The notes: generated from the sequence alone by a model not told the origin. DNA of 64,000 nucleotides from Camelus ferus (GCF_009834535.1 NC_045697.1:51834001-51898000), one strand, 5' to 3'; positions 1 to 14,879 are shown, counted from the first letter of the stretch. Program-made: numbers and translations.

Positions 1-540
1 CTTGTTTTATGGCCCAGCATATTATGGTCCAAAAATAGACAAATGTTCCATGATCATTTGAAAAGAATGTGAATTCTGTCATTGTTGGATACAATGCTGC
101 TTGTTACCAAGTCAAGTTTGTTGACTGTCTTGCTTATATCATCTAGAAATGTACTGTTTTTTCCAAATCTGTTTGTTCTTTAGTTAGTGTTAGTTTTTTA
201 AAACTATCCACTATAATTAAAGGGTTTTTTCATCATTTTAGTTTGGTCAATTTTTGCTTTACATATTGTAAAGCTATATAATTAGTTGCATGTGAATTTT
301 AAATTGCTGTATCTTCCTAGTTGGTTGAATTTTAAAAATCTTATAAATGGCTTCTTTATTTTTAGTAATGCTCCTTGCTTTAAAGTCTAGCTTTCCTGAT
401 ACTAGTGTAACTACATCTGCTTTATTTTCTTTAGTATTTGCTTGGTGCACCTTTTCCCAAACTTTCATTTTCAATCTCTCTGAATCTTAGTATTTAAGGT
501 GTGTCTCTTGTAAGTGGTATATTGCTGGCTTAGAATTTTG
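1..540 (-). mobile_element. Ancient L1 (L1M-type) ORF2-region fragment, antisense; apparently resumes at ~1530-2250
   Basis: Degenerate antisense L1 phrases (tttatggcccagcat…aatgttccatg…tgaaaagaatgtg; tttaaggtgtgtctcttgtaag); approximate limits. Confidence 0.6.
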
Positions 541-604
541 GTGCATGAGCATCTTTATTTTTTTTAATTCAAAAATATGTATTCAGTTTCCACTTAATGG
601 AATT

Positions 605-1528
605 ATATTAGTCTCCTAGAGCTTCCAAACATAGTAGCACAAACTGGGATTCTAAAAACAGAGATTTATCCTCCTGCAGTCTGTAGGCTGGATGTCTGAA
701 ATCCAGGTATCAGTAGGATTGGTTCCTTCTGGAATTTCTGTGGGAAAATCTGTTCTATTCCTCTCTTCCATCTTCTGGTGTTAACAGGCAAGCCTTAGCA
801 TTCCTTGGCTTGTAGACACATTGTTCCCCACTTCTGTTTTCACATGACATTCTCCCTGTATGTCTGTGTCCAGATTGTCCTCTTCTTATAAGGACACCAG
901 TTACTGAATTAGGGCACACCCTAAGTCAGTATGACCTCCTTTTAACTTGACTACATCTGCGGTGATACTACAGATGGTCCCCAACTTACAATGATTCGAC
1001 TTACGATTTTCCACTTTATGATGCTATGAAAGTGATATGCATTCAGGAGAAACTGTGTTTTGAATTTTGAATTTTACTGTTTTCCCAGCCTAGTGACATG
1101 CATACAATACTGTCTTGTGAAGCTGGGCAGCTCCCAGTCAACCACACAATCATGAGGGGAAACAATGGATGACACTTAAAGCCATCTTGCAACCATCTTG
1201 TTTTTCACTTTCAGTACAGTGGTCAATAAATTATATGAGATATTTAGCACTTTATTATAAAATAGGCTTTGTGTTAGGTTATTTTGCCCAAATGTAGGCT
1301 AAAGTAAGTTAGACTAGGCTAAACTATGATGTTCAGTAGGTTGGTGTATTAAATGCATTTTTAAATTAAAGCATAGTTGACTTACAATATTGTGTTAGTT
1401 TCCTTTATTGACATCACAATATTTTCAGCTTAGGGGTCTGTATCAAGACATGACATCATTGTAAGCAGAGGAAGATCTGTACCAGGGCCTAGGATTTTAC
1501 TATATCTTTTGGCAGGTTCAACCACAAC
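605..1528 (-). mobile_element. MLT1-type MaLR LTR, interrupted by a Tigger-family element
   Basis: tattagtctcct…cacaaactgg…gtctgaaatc…ctcttcttataaggacaccag…acatctgc, resuming after 1481 to ttcaaccacaaca. Confidence 0.7.
971..1479. mobile_element. Tigger/TcMar non-autonomous DNA transposon (MER47/Tigger5-like)
   Basis: TA|cagatggtccccaacttacaatga…tcattgtaagcagaggaagatctg|TA: imperfect ~24-bp terminal inverted repeats and a TA target duplication. Confidence 0.8.
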
Positions 1529-4109
1529 AATAGTTATTGATATATCTGGGATTGAATCTGCCATCTTACTCTTTTCCTATTTGTCTTGCCCCTATTTGTC
1601 TTCCTCTTTCTCCATTTTCTTGCCTTCTTTTGAATTACTCAAGTATTTATTATTCCATTTTCATCTTTTATTAGCTTAAGTGTTTTTTTAATGCATATCC
1701 CAAAATTACAATATTCACACTTTAATTATTATAGTTTAATATAATTTTGATACTTCCTAGGGAAATGCTAGAATATTAGACCAATTAATCTCATTTACCA
1801 CTCCCTACCAACATTTCATTGTTGTTGTGATATGTTTTAAGTCTGCATATATTTTTTCAACTCCCCAAAATGGCAAAGATTCATTTTCATTGATCTGTTT
1901 TTTCTGGCGCTCTTCTTTCCTTTCTGTACGTTTTCATCAGGAATCACTTTTCTTTGGTTTTGAAGGACTTCTCTTAGTATAACTTTTCCTGAGGGTAAGC
2001 CGACAAAGGTTTTGATCATTTATTTGTTTGTTTTAGTTCTGCTTATCTGAGAATATACTTACTGTTCCTTATTCTTGAAGATTATTTTAGTGGACTATTT
2101 TCTTTCAGCACTTTAAAAGTATGATTACATTCCTTCGGTCTTTCATCATTTCTATTGAGACGTCAACTTGCCAGTCATATTGTTGTTACCTTGAAAGTAA
2201 TGTTTCTTTTTCTCTATGACTGATTCTACAATTTTTCCCGTTGTTTTGGTTGAATGAAAGAGTAGAGAGCTAGGAAATACAGGCTATTTTTGTCGGTGTT
2301 ACTTTGTTAATGCCTCTTGTCTTATTTACAGGTCTTTTGGATACAGTGCTCTTCAAGTCCTAAAAGTGAAAACGATCTGTGTTTAAACAGGAGGACTTAT
2401 CATGCTTTGCGACATTAAAGCTTTTAAGCACTATGAGAGACAGGGGAAAGTCTTGGATGCAGTTTCCCACATTGGTAGCTTTGGCATTGGTTGCAGTGGT
2501 AGAACTTGGGATATTCACCTTAGAGTGAATTTGCTTTCCATTTCCTCAGACCATAACATTCATGAATATTTATTGCCAAAATATCTTTAATGTTACCATA
2601 TTTCATCTATATTATCCATCATATCTAATTCATTTTTCCCAACATGTTGACTTGAAAGATAAAACCAATATTAAATACATTAACTTGTATGTGCATTAGT
2701 TATAGGTTTGGTTCTTGGTGTGTTCATTTATATAACATTTATTGAGTACCTTCCATGTTTCGGGAGCTTTGAATATTAGAAAACAAAGACTCTCTCTTTA
2801 AGATACTTCACTGTCATATACCAGAATATCGATGCTAAAATATATCAGTCTATGATAGTCCATGATGACTGCAGCATCTCTTTAGGTGTGGTACCCTTGG
2901 GCAGTGCACAACCTGCAAGACTGTATTCAGTGGTCCTGATGTATAATGCACACTTCATGCCCTCAGGGAATTCCCAGTGCAGCCAAAGGAAACAGTCACT
3001 AATAATGCTATAATGCAATTGTGTAACACATATAATAAAGTATGAATAAAAAGTGTGGGCAACATGAATGACCTTGTGGTGTGGGTGTGTGGGAAATGCT
3101 TCCAAGAAGAGGTTGTGTCAAGTATGAGTAAAATATTTAGCAGAAATACAGGGAAATGGAATTTCAGTGTGAGTGATTTTCCAGCTGTGCTGGAAATGTC
3201 TTTTATTTCTCCAGCTGATAACCTGCTCTCCTCATGACTGCACAGCTGTGTGTACCTTTATGCGATTATGAGGTCATATATGGTAGATACTAGCTTCTGA
3301 AACAGTTTTGCTCATAGGTGGTAGAAAAAAATATTGCCCTTAGCGTTTTTGCTCCCACAAGTGTGAAATTCCTCAGCCATTATTTACTGAATGCCTCCTT
3401 ACATGCTAGGCTTTGTATTCTCCAGGGACTGTGAACACAAATAAGAATGAATCAATGGTCAATTCCTCAACAACTTTACAGAACTAGTAGGAGAGCCAAA
3501 ACGAACAGAACCTTAAAGTACAGTATAGAAAGTGCAAAATAGATGTACTTATAAAGTGCTGTTGTAAATATAAAAAAATCTTCCTGGAGGCGGTTTAGGG
3601 TTTATATTCCTTTATTCATTAAATAAGCATTCTTGAGAAGTTGTACATAAGTCTACTTTCTTGTCCGTTTGCTTTGTTTTTAACAGCAGTTATTGATTTT
3701 TTCCTAGTTATACTAGCACCCACAATTTATGGAAAAGTAAACCAAACTTAAAAAGGAAATTCTTTTTAGTATATATCCCTCTAATATTGCTTTTTTCTAG
3801 GTGTGTGCTGTTGTGTGCATGGTCTGTGGTTTGAATTTGGACTTCTTCATGTTTATTGATTTCTTGTTTTCACTCATGCATCACTGTGGACTTGATGGCT
3901 GCTAGGTTCCTTGACTTTTCATGTCCTTGCCAATATTTTATTGTGATGGGCAAACTCTTCTTAGGTAGAATAACAGTTTTTGGAGTATTAGAAGAATAGC
4001 CATTATTTTAATGTACTACGTTGCAGATTTTTGGAGAAGTCTGTTTTACACCCCTTAAGTCGTTGTTGAATCTGTAGAGGTTCAAACTGGGTATTCCTCA
4101 GAAAAGTAG

Positions 4110-4340
4110 GATAGCGTGTTAGCTCAAGAGGAGGGACTTCGGAACTGGACTTCCTGAGTTCCAACACCAGCTCTTCTGCTTCATTGTGTGACTCTAGGCA
4201 AGTCACTGTTTATCTGTGGCTCACCTTACTAATCGGTAAAATGGAGACAATCATATCAACTATTTTGTAAAGTTACTGTGAGGACGAATTAATTAACATA
4301 TTAAAGCTCTTTCAGTAATGCCTAGAAAATAGTAAGTATT
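4110..4340 (+). mobile_element. MIR SINE
   Basis: Core-like tgtgtgactctaggcaagtcact…taaaatggagacaat…gttactgtgaggac. Confidence 0.65.
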
Positions 4341-5582
4341 AATTTTGTTGTTAATGAGATGTATATTAAATAAGAAAAAAAGAGAATCTTAAGAAAAATC
4401 TTTTATTACAGTAAATATAGTATATGTTTCATACCAAAGAGAGAAAACAGAGATGTTTATTAGTATTTATATTTAAAGTATATTTTGAAAGAATAGTTCA
4501 GTTGGCAAGTTTTTAGTGTAGAATCTTAAATAGAAATATTTAAAATGACAGAAAAAATATCTTAAGTATGCAAGTCTATGTGGTACCAATGAGCAAAATA
4601 TTTTGTAGTGTCTTTTAATCTGGTTTTTTGTGTGTGTTTGTGTGTGTGTGAATTTCCATACTACAGAAAACCATTGGCATTCATTCTTCTCGTTGGTAAC
4701 GTATGTTCATTTATGTAAAACTGTACATTTCAACAAATAACATTTAGTGCTCCATCTCGCAAAAAAGATCTCTTTACTTACACGTAGAATGCAAGCAAGC
4801 AATGTATTTGTATAAACTGTTTTGCTATGTCACATAGTCAAAAATTTGGAAAACAAAAGTCACTAAAAAGGAATTTTCATTTGACATTTGTTAACTCCTG
4901 TGCAATCTCATGAGATCACGATCTTTCAGGTCAAGGGTCTGCATCCCTTTCAGCTTACTGCAACACTGCTTGATTTAAACTTCATCATGATTGCAATATC
5001 TGTCACTGCCAGAAAGTAGGAAATTCAAGGGAAAAATATATTTATTGTGTGAAAGGCATTGTTCTAGGATTGTTAACACACATGTGAACTATACAGGGAT
5101 AAGTAAATCAAATACCATCTAGGCAATCAGAGTGATTCAATAACTATACAGCCTCGCCCTAATGAAAAAAGGATTGGAAAGACTAGGACTGTCACATCCA
5201 AAGTCAGTGACCTTGTGAGAGTAAGAAACCACAATTGCCTTTTCAGCATTGGAAACTGGAATAATGATTTGCTCAATCTTTCTGTCCTCATCCCTTAGAA
5301 TAATTATTCCTACAGTTCTCTTTAATAAAAAAAAAAGTGTGCATTCACTATATATAAATTAATCCTAATGAAATAAACACTTAATCTTTCAGTGTAGTTT
5401 ACTAATTTTGCCAGCTTCTTAAAAATAAGACTTTATTCCTCTCTGGTCTCTTCAGTCTTTCTCAGATTTTTCCCCTATTTTCTTTTCTCTATTTCCTTTT
5501 TGTTTGTTTCTTTTGGAAGGCCTCACACCTCTCTGGTTTTCATTCTTCCTAGGTAAATTCAGTTTATAATCTCTCCCCTATG

Positions 5583-5585
<3 letters not shown>

Positions 5586-5627
<42 letters not shown>
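5586..5627. repeat. (TG)n microsatellite, about 21 units
   Basis: Uninterrupted tg run next to the tail of an antisense L1. Confidence 0.95.
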
Positions 5628-5630
<3 letters not shown>

Positions 5631-5640
5631 CTTGTATATA

Positions 5641-6200
5641 TATTTTTTATTGAAGTATAATCAATCAGTTTGCAATGTTGTGTCAGTTTCTGGTGTACAG
5701 CACAGTACTTCAGTCATACGTGAACATACATATATTTTGTTTTCATATTCTTTTTCACTGTAAGTTACTACAAAACATTGAATATAGTTCCCTGTGCTAT
5801 ACAGTATGAACTTGTTTATCTATTTTATACAGATTAGTTAGTATCTGCAATCTTGAACTCCCAATTTATCCCTTTCCACTCCTTTCCCCTTAATAACCAT
5901 GAAGTTTGTTTTCTATGTCTGTGAGTCTGTTTCTGTTCTGTAAATAAATTTGTTTCTCTCTCTCTCTTTTTTTTTTTTTTTTAAGATTCCACATATAAGG
6001 GATATCATGTGGTATTTTTCTTTCTCTTTCTGGCTTACTTCACTTAGAATGACAATCTCCAGGTCCATGCATGTTGGTGTAAATGGGATTATTTTATTCT
6101 TTTTTATGGCTCAGTAGTATTCCATTGTATAAATATACCAAACTTCTTTATCCAGTTATCTGTCGATGGACATTCAGGTTGTTTCCATGTCTTGGCTATT
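5641..6200 (-). mobile_element. 5'-truncated L1 3' end (camelid-type 3'UTR)
   Basis: Reverse complement of the L1 3'UTR seen at 29400-29960 (ggcttacttcacttagaatgacaatctcc…gtttccatgtcttggctatt). Confidence 0.85.
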
Positions 6201-7319
6201 GGTTTAATAATGCACATTGGCCTTTAAAATTGTTGAACTCAATTAACCCTGAGTTTATATGTTAGCAGACTTATATGACTCCAGTCTAAGTTTGAGGTAC
6301 CTCTCTTATTAATAAAAAAAATAATATTTTAGATGGTGAAAAATTATTATACATATTATAATTCTTAACCAATACAGAAAGGCATTACTGCAGTTACTTT
6401 CCTTCTTGGATTATTTAATACATTAATGTTATTACACTGATATGACTGAGAAAACTGAAATCTTAATAGCAGATAAAAGATTTATAAAGTTTTTGGATTA
6501 GAAGAACATGTATAATTTAATGTTTATTGTGTTAGGTTCTATCATCCAAGCTAAGTATGATCACATAGAGAAGAACTATCACATTTTAAAAATAATTAGA
6601 TCAGCAAAAAATGAATAGTTCATGCTGCAGTATATAAAGCAGTGTATCACAAATATACACCCAAACCACCTGACTCGAGATCTTCTTAAGTGCCTCTTGA
6701 AATGCAGATTCTAGGGCCCATTGTAGACTTAGTGCAGTAGAGTGTCTGGGCAGAGACCCTACGAATTAGGTGGTTCATATGCACACAAGCATGCTGTAGA
6801 GCAACCATGTTTCTTTTTTTTCTTGAAGTTTAGCTAGAATGACAGCTGGTTTTATTTAAAGACCTATAAAGTATACTAACGGAGTATCCAACATACATAA
6901 ATACCAGAGTAGTTTATATCATGTCAAGGGTATGGAGGGGAGGCCTTTTGAAGAATGATCTCATAGGCATTCTTTGGCAGAAACCTGGCAAATGTCCTGC
7001 GTCCTCTAGCTAGGCTTACATTAACCTGACATTCCACCCCCTAGGGAGTACATTTTGTGACTTGATTTAAAGTGTTTTTGTTATCAGGTCACTTTTTCGG
7101 GAGGAGAGAAGGCAGTCTTTGTGGGGGGCCTTTTGCCACTCTTGTGTAAATTATTTTGCATCAATTTAGATTTCTATATTACATCCTTCAGAGATTTTTA
7201 TCAAGTTCTCCAAAGTTCCATATTTCCCTACCCATGTGTCAAAAAAAAAAGCATTGGCATATGAGAGAGTAGATTTATATTTAAATCTCTTTGTGAGGTT
7301 TCTTTTGTAATTTTTCTTG

Positions 7320-8700
7320 GTCTATAGCATATACACAGTAAAGTTCACAAATCTTAAGTTTTCAGCTCAATCAGTTTTTACAAATGTAATCATCATGCAT
7401 ATCAAATTATAGAATAATTTCCAGCATCCCAAAAGCTTCCCTTATACCATTTCCTAGTTAGTAACCCACCAAAGGTAATCACCATGTGAATTCTATCAAC
7501 ATAGTATTGTTTTAAGTTTCCATGAAATTAGTATATGTGATATAAATTAAATCATGCAGCATTTGTTTTTTGTCTGGTTTCTTTAACCTAACACTATATC
7601 TATGAGATTAGTCCATGTTCCTGTGTGCAGGAGCAATTTGGTATTTTTTATTGCTTTATATTGTTCTTTTGTACAACTTAGCATGGCATTCATCCTGTCT
7701 ATTTTCCAGTTTTAGCTATTAAAAATAGCTATGAATATCCTTGTTTGTGTACTATGATGGATGTACATGTGTGCTCATTTCCGCTTAGTGTTTACTTAGG
7801 AGTAGAATTGCTGTGTCATGAGTGTGCGTATACTAAGCTCTAGTAGATAATGCTAGGTGGTTTACAAAGTAGTGCGCCACTGCACATTCCCACCTGCAGT
7901 GGAGGAGAGCTCCAGCTGATCCAGATCCTGCCCAGTGGTTGGTAGTATCAAGTTTTATTTTCCATTTTAGCCATGGTAGTAAGTATGTTTCATCTGGCTT
8001 TAATTTGTCTTTCCTAATGTCTAACAATGTTGAGAACACTTATATGTACCTATAGGATATAGACTGTTATTTTTGCGAAGTGTATGTTTAAGGACACTTC
8101 TAAAAATTGGATATCTGTCTTGTTCTTATTGTTTTGCAGGTGTACTTACGTATCCTGGGTATGACTGCTTTGTCAGATATGTTTTGTAAATATTTTCCCC
8201 AACTCTGTGGCTCAGTGTCTCTAAGTATTAATGTTTATAGATTCACTGTAGAGGTCTAGCACATCTTTGTTAGTTTTTTTCTCCTGAGAATTTGATCTTT
8301 AATATCTTTTAAAAAGGATTTTTTTCCTTGTTTGTTGATAAAGTTCATTTTTTTATTTGCTATTAATGAATACGAGTACTTACTCTCTACATCTTTGTTA
8401 ACATTACAAGTTAACAAATTTACTTTTTTTATACTAAAATAAAGAAAATGGTCTGACACTAATTTTAATATCCATTTTTCTTAAATAAATGAAGTTGAGG
8501 ATTTGTTCATCAAAAAAAATTCAAGTGATTTTTCTATATAGGTTTCTGTATTCAGTGACTTGCTTAATTCACTTGTTAATCCTATAGATTCTTTCGGATT
8601 TCTATACAAACAATTGTGTCATCTGGAAATAATGACATGTTTATTTCTCCCTTATAAATTATGATTCTTTTTTAAATTTTACTTTCTTGCTTTATTGAGT
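7320..8700 (-). mobile_element. Old L1 (L1M-type) 3' fragments, antisense
   Basis: aaagttcacaaatcttaag…ggagtagaattgctg…cattcccacc…ttaatttg…ctaatg…; heavily diverged. Confidence 0.65.
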
Positions 8701-8724
8701 TTGTTTGTTTGCTGTTTTTGAGAC

Positions 8725-8846
8725 TCTGTGCATGTCTGCAAATGACTGAGAAAGCACTGTAAATACTGACTTGAGTATTACAAATAAACTTTAGTGAGTA
8801 AGCAAATTCACAAATACAAAATCTGCAAATATGGAGAAATGACTGT
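8725..8846 (-). mobile_element. Tigger-family end fragment (MER82-like)
   Basis: …ttacaaataaactttagtgagtaagcaaattcacaaatacaaaatctgcaaat…gactg|TA resembles the recalled MER82 terminus. Confidence 0.5.
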
Positions 8847-11800
8847 ATTTTATATATGTGTGTATATACATATACATGAACTGTAATATAATTTCATATA
8901 ATGTTATGGTGTGTTTCTTTGCATATATTAGGATGAGATATAATTTATTTAATTATACTTCTACTCTCAGATGTATAACTTGTTTCTAGTTTTTCTTTGA
9001 TATTACCACTTCTAATACTATTAGAAACTTCACTAACAATTAGCTATTATGTTTTCCTTTTCCATTCTCCCTCTTTTTGCACACTGATACATCATAATTC
9101 ATTTAAATCCCCATTTTCTTTAAATGCAAGCCATTTACGTACCAATATGTTGACTCATTTTTTTTGTTGTTTGACATTTATTGATCTCTTAATGTGTTTC
9201 AGGCTCATTAGACTACTTTTTAGCACATTTCCCATTTTAAAAAATGGATACAATCATCCTTAGATTTTTTTTACTCACAAAAGTATTCTGTATTCAAAAA
9301 AAAAATTATGTCCCTCTGTTTCCATTACCATGGAGACAATATAACGAAGAGTTCCAGAGCAAATAGGATAAAGTTGCACCTAACTCTGACGCATCATATG
9401 CTTATGTGACCACAACAGTGTTAGAACAAATAATATGTAGTACATACCTACCGTTCAGCCTTGTTGTTATATGGAGTTATGTGCTATGGTGAGTTTTATT
9501 CTCTGTGATCATTCTTTGTTTTTTACCAAGAACTTATTCTAATGACCATCAAACAAGAGGGTAAACATAGCACGTGAATTTACCTTTGAATGCTTTTTTT
9601 TCTTTTTTGGAGTTTTGTCTTTGCAAATGTTAGTGGAATAGTCCTCTGGGACTGCTAAATGTATTGATTAGAGTCAGATGAGATGATCCTTAAACAGGGA
9701 AGACTTTGATTAATTCCTTTAAGGATCTTTTGAAATATTCTTTTATTCAGATGGACAACATTCTAGGCTGATGAAATAAGAAAAGTGGCAATAATGAGTA
9801 GACTATGTAATGACAAATAATTAGGTTAACTCTTCTAGAGAAAAAATAAAACTGCACTACAAAAACAGATAAGTGATTTAGGCAGTGAAATGTTTGGCCA
9901 ATGACAAAAAGTTTAGATGTAATAAGGAAAGGAAATTTGTACTAACAAATGCTTTTTGGAGTAACATTTAAAGAAGATAGTTTCAGTGGCCAAACATAGG
10001 ATGGGTATAGACAGAAAACAAGGAAAGAGAATATACAGTCCAGTATAGACAGCCTGGATGCAGAAAGCACAGATAGAATGGCAAATCTTAAGAATTTAGG
10101 GTAGCAAGAATTATCAGAAATTAGCAATGGCCTGATGAGACAAGCGAAGTGAAAATGACTTCAGGGTTCTGATTGCCTGAAAAGGAAGTTCAAGAAGATT
10201 GTTGAAGGATGTATTATATGGAGACAAGTTAATGCTTTGAGAATAATAATGAGAAGACATTGGAACAGTGATGTAGAAATGTCCTGTAATTCAGGATATG
10301 TAGCTAAGGATTAAAAATGTATAAAAATTCTATCACTGAATGATTTGTCCAAGGGATCATGTGTAAGAAGCAAAGGGCCTTGGGTGATTCTCAGGCAACT
10401 GGGGATGAGCACAGGATCCAGCCAAGAACCACCTAAAGGGACATGGAAAACTAGAAGTAGGGAGGAAAACTGTGTCAGGTCAGAGGACTGCATCAGGGAA
10501 GAGTACGTGTGACGATTCACTCAGTTGAAGAAAGCGAAATGGACTAGAAACAGAGACGTGGTTAGAGAAGTCCTGATTTGGCTCAGGTCAGCTTCTGTAA
10601 GGAAGCAGCTGTAGTGACTGTAGCCCGTGTGGTGAATGGAAAGGGGTCAGGATGGGCAACTAGAGGTTGGGGAGTGAATGTTATTTTTCATTTTCAAACC
10701 ACACAAAGATAAAATGTACTTCCAGGAATGTTTTGTCTAAACAAATGCTTGCACTAGGTCAAGGGGTTTATAAATATTACCTAAGAGCACCTGGCACATA
10801 ATAGGTGCTCAGTAGATGTTTGTTAAATGCCCGTGTCCTCTCTCACCCCTGTCTTGTACACACCCTATGGCTTTTGGTGCATTTTCCAAATACTAAAAAT
10901 TTATTAATCATGATACGAGTGAAACAGTTCTATGGAAATGAAAGCTACACGCCAGATTGGAAATAGTTCCTGAGGGACACAGGAGAGAAAAATAGAAGCA
11001 TTAGGCAAACTCCATAAAAGAGTAGAATCACAGGAGAAAAATTCTCGAGGTAGGAGGGCCCCTGCTGGTCACATAATAGCCCAGCCCTCTTATGACATGG
11101 CTGTGGATTGCAGGCCCAGCTTTGTTAAATAGCTTACCATATATGTGTCAAGGTTCAGTTCCAGGAAATTGAAGCCACACTCGCTATTTTAAGCATGAAA
11201 GGATTTAATATAAAGAATTAAGTGCACATTAAATTGCTGGAAGGACTGGAGGAGTGGCCATGAGACTTGGGCTCCAGGACCAGTTCCCAGAATGAGGCAG
11301 CTGATTGGTCCACCCAGGCAGCTGCTGTTGCTGCACAGGTCAGGGAGGGGACGAGTGAGCGAGCTGCCCCTGGACCTGCTGACTCCATCACTTGCCACAG
11401 AAAATGCTCTCTGAGGATAACAAACTGGCACTCTGCTGCTGTACTTTCCTCTCAGCATCCACACAGCTGACAACCGGACCTCGAATGTTATGATGGAAAA
11501 CCCCCAGTGCCTCCCCAGCCACGTTTGCCACTTCTGAGTTCACATCTCACATGAGTGCATCCAGTTGGCTGAACCAAATGCTCACCTGGGAGGCTGGCTG
11601 CAGGCACACTGGGGCTCGCCATTCCCTCTCCTGTAGGAGTACGCAACGCAAGGAGGTTGAAATGGATGTGGACTGCCAAATCACTGTATTCACTCCCCTG
11701 CTGCCACACCTGGGAAAGCACATCACTGCCGCAAGAACTTGGAAGGCCTGTTATCCCTGAACACAGGTGCACAAAAGCGAATTATGTAATTCAGCCCTGC

Positions 11801-14076
11801 TTCTAGAAATCCCCTTCTGCTACCGAAAGGCCTCTAAGTAGGGTGACCACTTGATTTGTTCAAACTGGGCCGCATCCGAGAGTGGAGAGAAAACGTTACT
11901 AGTATTGATGTCAGGATAACAGGCATGGTGCAGAACTGCCCCAAGAAAACCGGCCCTGAGCCTGTGTAAGAAGTATTCTTCCTGATCTTGCTTCACCTTC
12001 CCTTAGTGATCACATCTGCCAACACAATCTTCACCTGATTTTTGCTCCCTCCACTTTAGAGTTCTGTTCCCCCAGTATTTCAGCGCTGTTCAGGTCATCT
12101 GCACACGCTGTGTCCTTGCCTGGAAATGGCCCTCCCTGTTTCTCCACGTGTCTAACTTCTGTGCATCTTTCAACATCCAGTGCAGCCGTCACCTCCTCTG
12201 TTGAAATGTTCTCAGGTTCTTCCAGGTAAAGTTGCTTCTTCTTCAGTTACATCCTTGCCTTGCATGACAGTATGTGTTTATTATATTTCTTTCTCTCCTA
12301 TTAAGCTGTAACTTCCTCCATGACAGGAACTGGGCTTCTTTGCCCTTTATTCCTAGAGGCTAGATCAGATTCTATACTGGAAAAGTGCTCAAGAAATGTG
12401 TGGAAATAGATGGATGGAAGGAGTTAAGGAAGAGAGGAAAGAAATCAAGTAACAAGAGAATGAGGGGAACAAGGAATAGAAGGAAAAAGAGAGGAAAGGA
12501 AGGAACAGGGGGCCAGGAGGTAAGGAGGTAATGAGCCTTTTCCAGTAATTCTAACATTTGTATTCATGAGGATTCTTCTTATATTACCCGTCTGTTAGAC
12601 CTTCAAAACGACTGAGTGAGTTGAGATTAAATCAAGGCACACTCATTTAAAAACAGACTTGCTGCCTGCAGTCTGGATTTCCCATCTGATATTTGAAGAC
12701 AGATCAGCACTTACTGACTTTGATGACAGTGAGTGGTTAATGGTTTCACTCCATCTGTGTTAATCTATCAAATATGTCATCCCTCAATTTGAGTGGAACA
12801 CATAAATGTTTAGATTTCTTGCACTCAAACTGCAAAAAGATCTTTCAAATCTAGAAAGATGAATTTAGATACAATCAGACCCAGTGCATCAATGAATCAT
12901 CCTTGTTTCCCTTTCTGTCACTTTTCACAAGACAATTCCTTTTCTGAGTGGGTAGTTTCATCCTGCTTGTTGTGGCCCTTGCTGCTGATTTGAAGGGATG
13001 ACCCACAGTGAACCTATTTCTAGAATTTATTTCTTGCCTTCACTTCTGAAACATGACTTCCTGAAGTCCACCCCCAATTTTCTATCATCTAAATATGATT
13101 TATGAAAACCTAGTTTGTAATTCTCTAAAAAATTCAGTGCAAAACATTTTCAGCAAATATTTCAAACATCATGTTCTTTGGACTGTAAGGGGATACCTAT
13201 GTTTGCTAAGGTTTTAATTTTTTGAACTCGCTCCATGTTTGTTTTAAGTAACAAGCAGCTTATTTTAGGGGCTACTCTTGGAAGACAGTTTCTTTCTGCA
13301 AACACATTTATAGTGAGTGCCTCTTGGCTCAGCCAGCTTTTAATGAACAAAGAAATTCACATTGTTTTATGAGAAAGGTGAATAGAATTTTTTTGAGATT
13401 TACTGAATACTGCTCAGCCTTAAGTTTCTCTCCCTTCAGAAGATACTATGTGTTACAAGGACACATTCAAGGAGATTTAATATCTCATAAAAGTATGATT
13501 TTTGTACTAAAAGAGTGTTGTCAGGGTTTTTACACTGAACATTTCACTGCTACTTAACTTCTATAAATCCGAGTAAATGCATATAGAAAATCACTTAAGG
13601 AAGGCTGAAAGCCTATAGAAAATTCTAAGTCATGTTATATAGAGTAACATACCTATAAATCCAAGTTTCTAAACCACCTTATGATATTAGCAAAACCAAA
13701 TTAAGTGAACTTCTGCTCTCGGCCAAGATGGAATAACAGAAACTGGATTAACCCTCCTACTTCAAACAGCCAGAAATAGGCAGGATATATGAAACAGTAC
13801 TTTACAAGACATTGGATATCGGCAGAGAAAGACCATGATCCCTAAGAGATGAGAAGCAAGTGAAGTGAGCCTCAGCACTTCCCCAGTTCACTGCCTGAAG
13901 GGTTTCTAATCCAATCTCAGGGAAGGGGAACCCAGGCTGAACCTGACAGAGTTGAGAGGCCAGAGCTGAGAGTCAGGGAGATGAAGGTGGCCAGCATTCA
14001 CAGGACTGAGTCTGGGAGAAGGGAGAGCTACACAGAGGTAAAACTCTGATATCTGAAGAGGTTCCCCTCTAGTATT

Positions 14077-14490
14077 TGTTGCCAAAACGTGGCCTCCATA
14101 GCCCGCTTACCAAACTGATACTTGAAGACGGAGTTTTGGATGAAGTAGAAATGGCAACTTTTATTTCATTGCCAGGGAAAGGAGGTCACAGTGGGCTAAT
14201 GCCTCTAAGACTGTGAGCCTGCTGGGGGAGAAGGCAGGGGGTTTATAGTAAAAGTTCAGGAGTTCAAGGGGCAGAACTAGTTTCCATAGAGATCTCATAC
14301 CAGGTAAAAATTGTTGCAAAATTGTTCTTGTTTTTGCAGATACAGTGGTCCCTTTCCTTCTGCTGGGTATGAAGTTCACCTCTAGCTTTGGGACTGTCTT
14401 AATATTCTTGTACCTAGAGCAAAGGATGCATAGGAAGGAGCCCCATGGGGGAAAAAGAAATGAAGTTTCAGGGATGGTTAAATTCAGAGT
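14077..14490 (-). mobile_element. ERV solo LTR-like element
   Basis: Starts TGTTGCC, has an antisense poly(A) signal (tttatt ~14160), and is organised like the LTRs at 37579 and 45807; 3' limit approximate. Confidence 0.55.
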
Positions 14491-14879
14491 CTCCAAGTCA
14501 TCACTGTAACATAATTATTCTCTCCATTAGTAATCTTCACTTTCCCCTTCTTACATTAAACCTAGACCAACAACTCTCCCATATTCACCCAAGCACCTTC
14601 AGTGTTAAATTCTGCCAGTTTCAAGCTTGTAGAGAGAATCTCTTTCCTAGTAGCTCCAAATAAAACAGTCCTAGGTAACAGTTTCATTGGCATGATTTAG
14701 GCCATCTGCCCATCCAATGACTGGAGAGTCATGGAAATGGAATATCCTACTTGGCCATGCCGGGATCAATGCCCATGGCTGGAACTGAATGTAGAGGGTG
14801 GAGTGGGGAAGTGAGACTGGGAGGGCTGCAGATCCGTGTAACTATATGAACTGCCTGGAGAAAGAGCTCCCCCACACTT

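Noticed and set aside
12405..12530. Purine-rich GA tract (possible triplex; Leu/Phe-rich ORF on the minus strand)
   Set aside because: Low-complexity sequence without a clean mirror repeat; the ORF is a compositional artefact.
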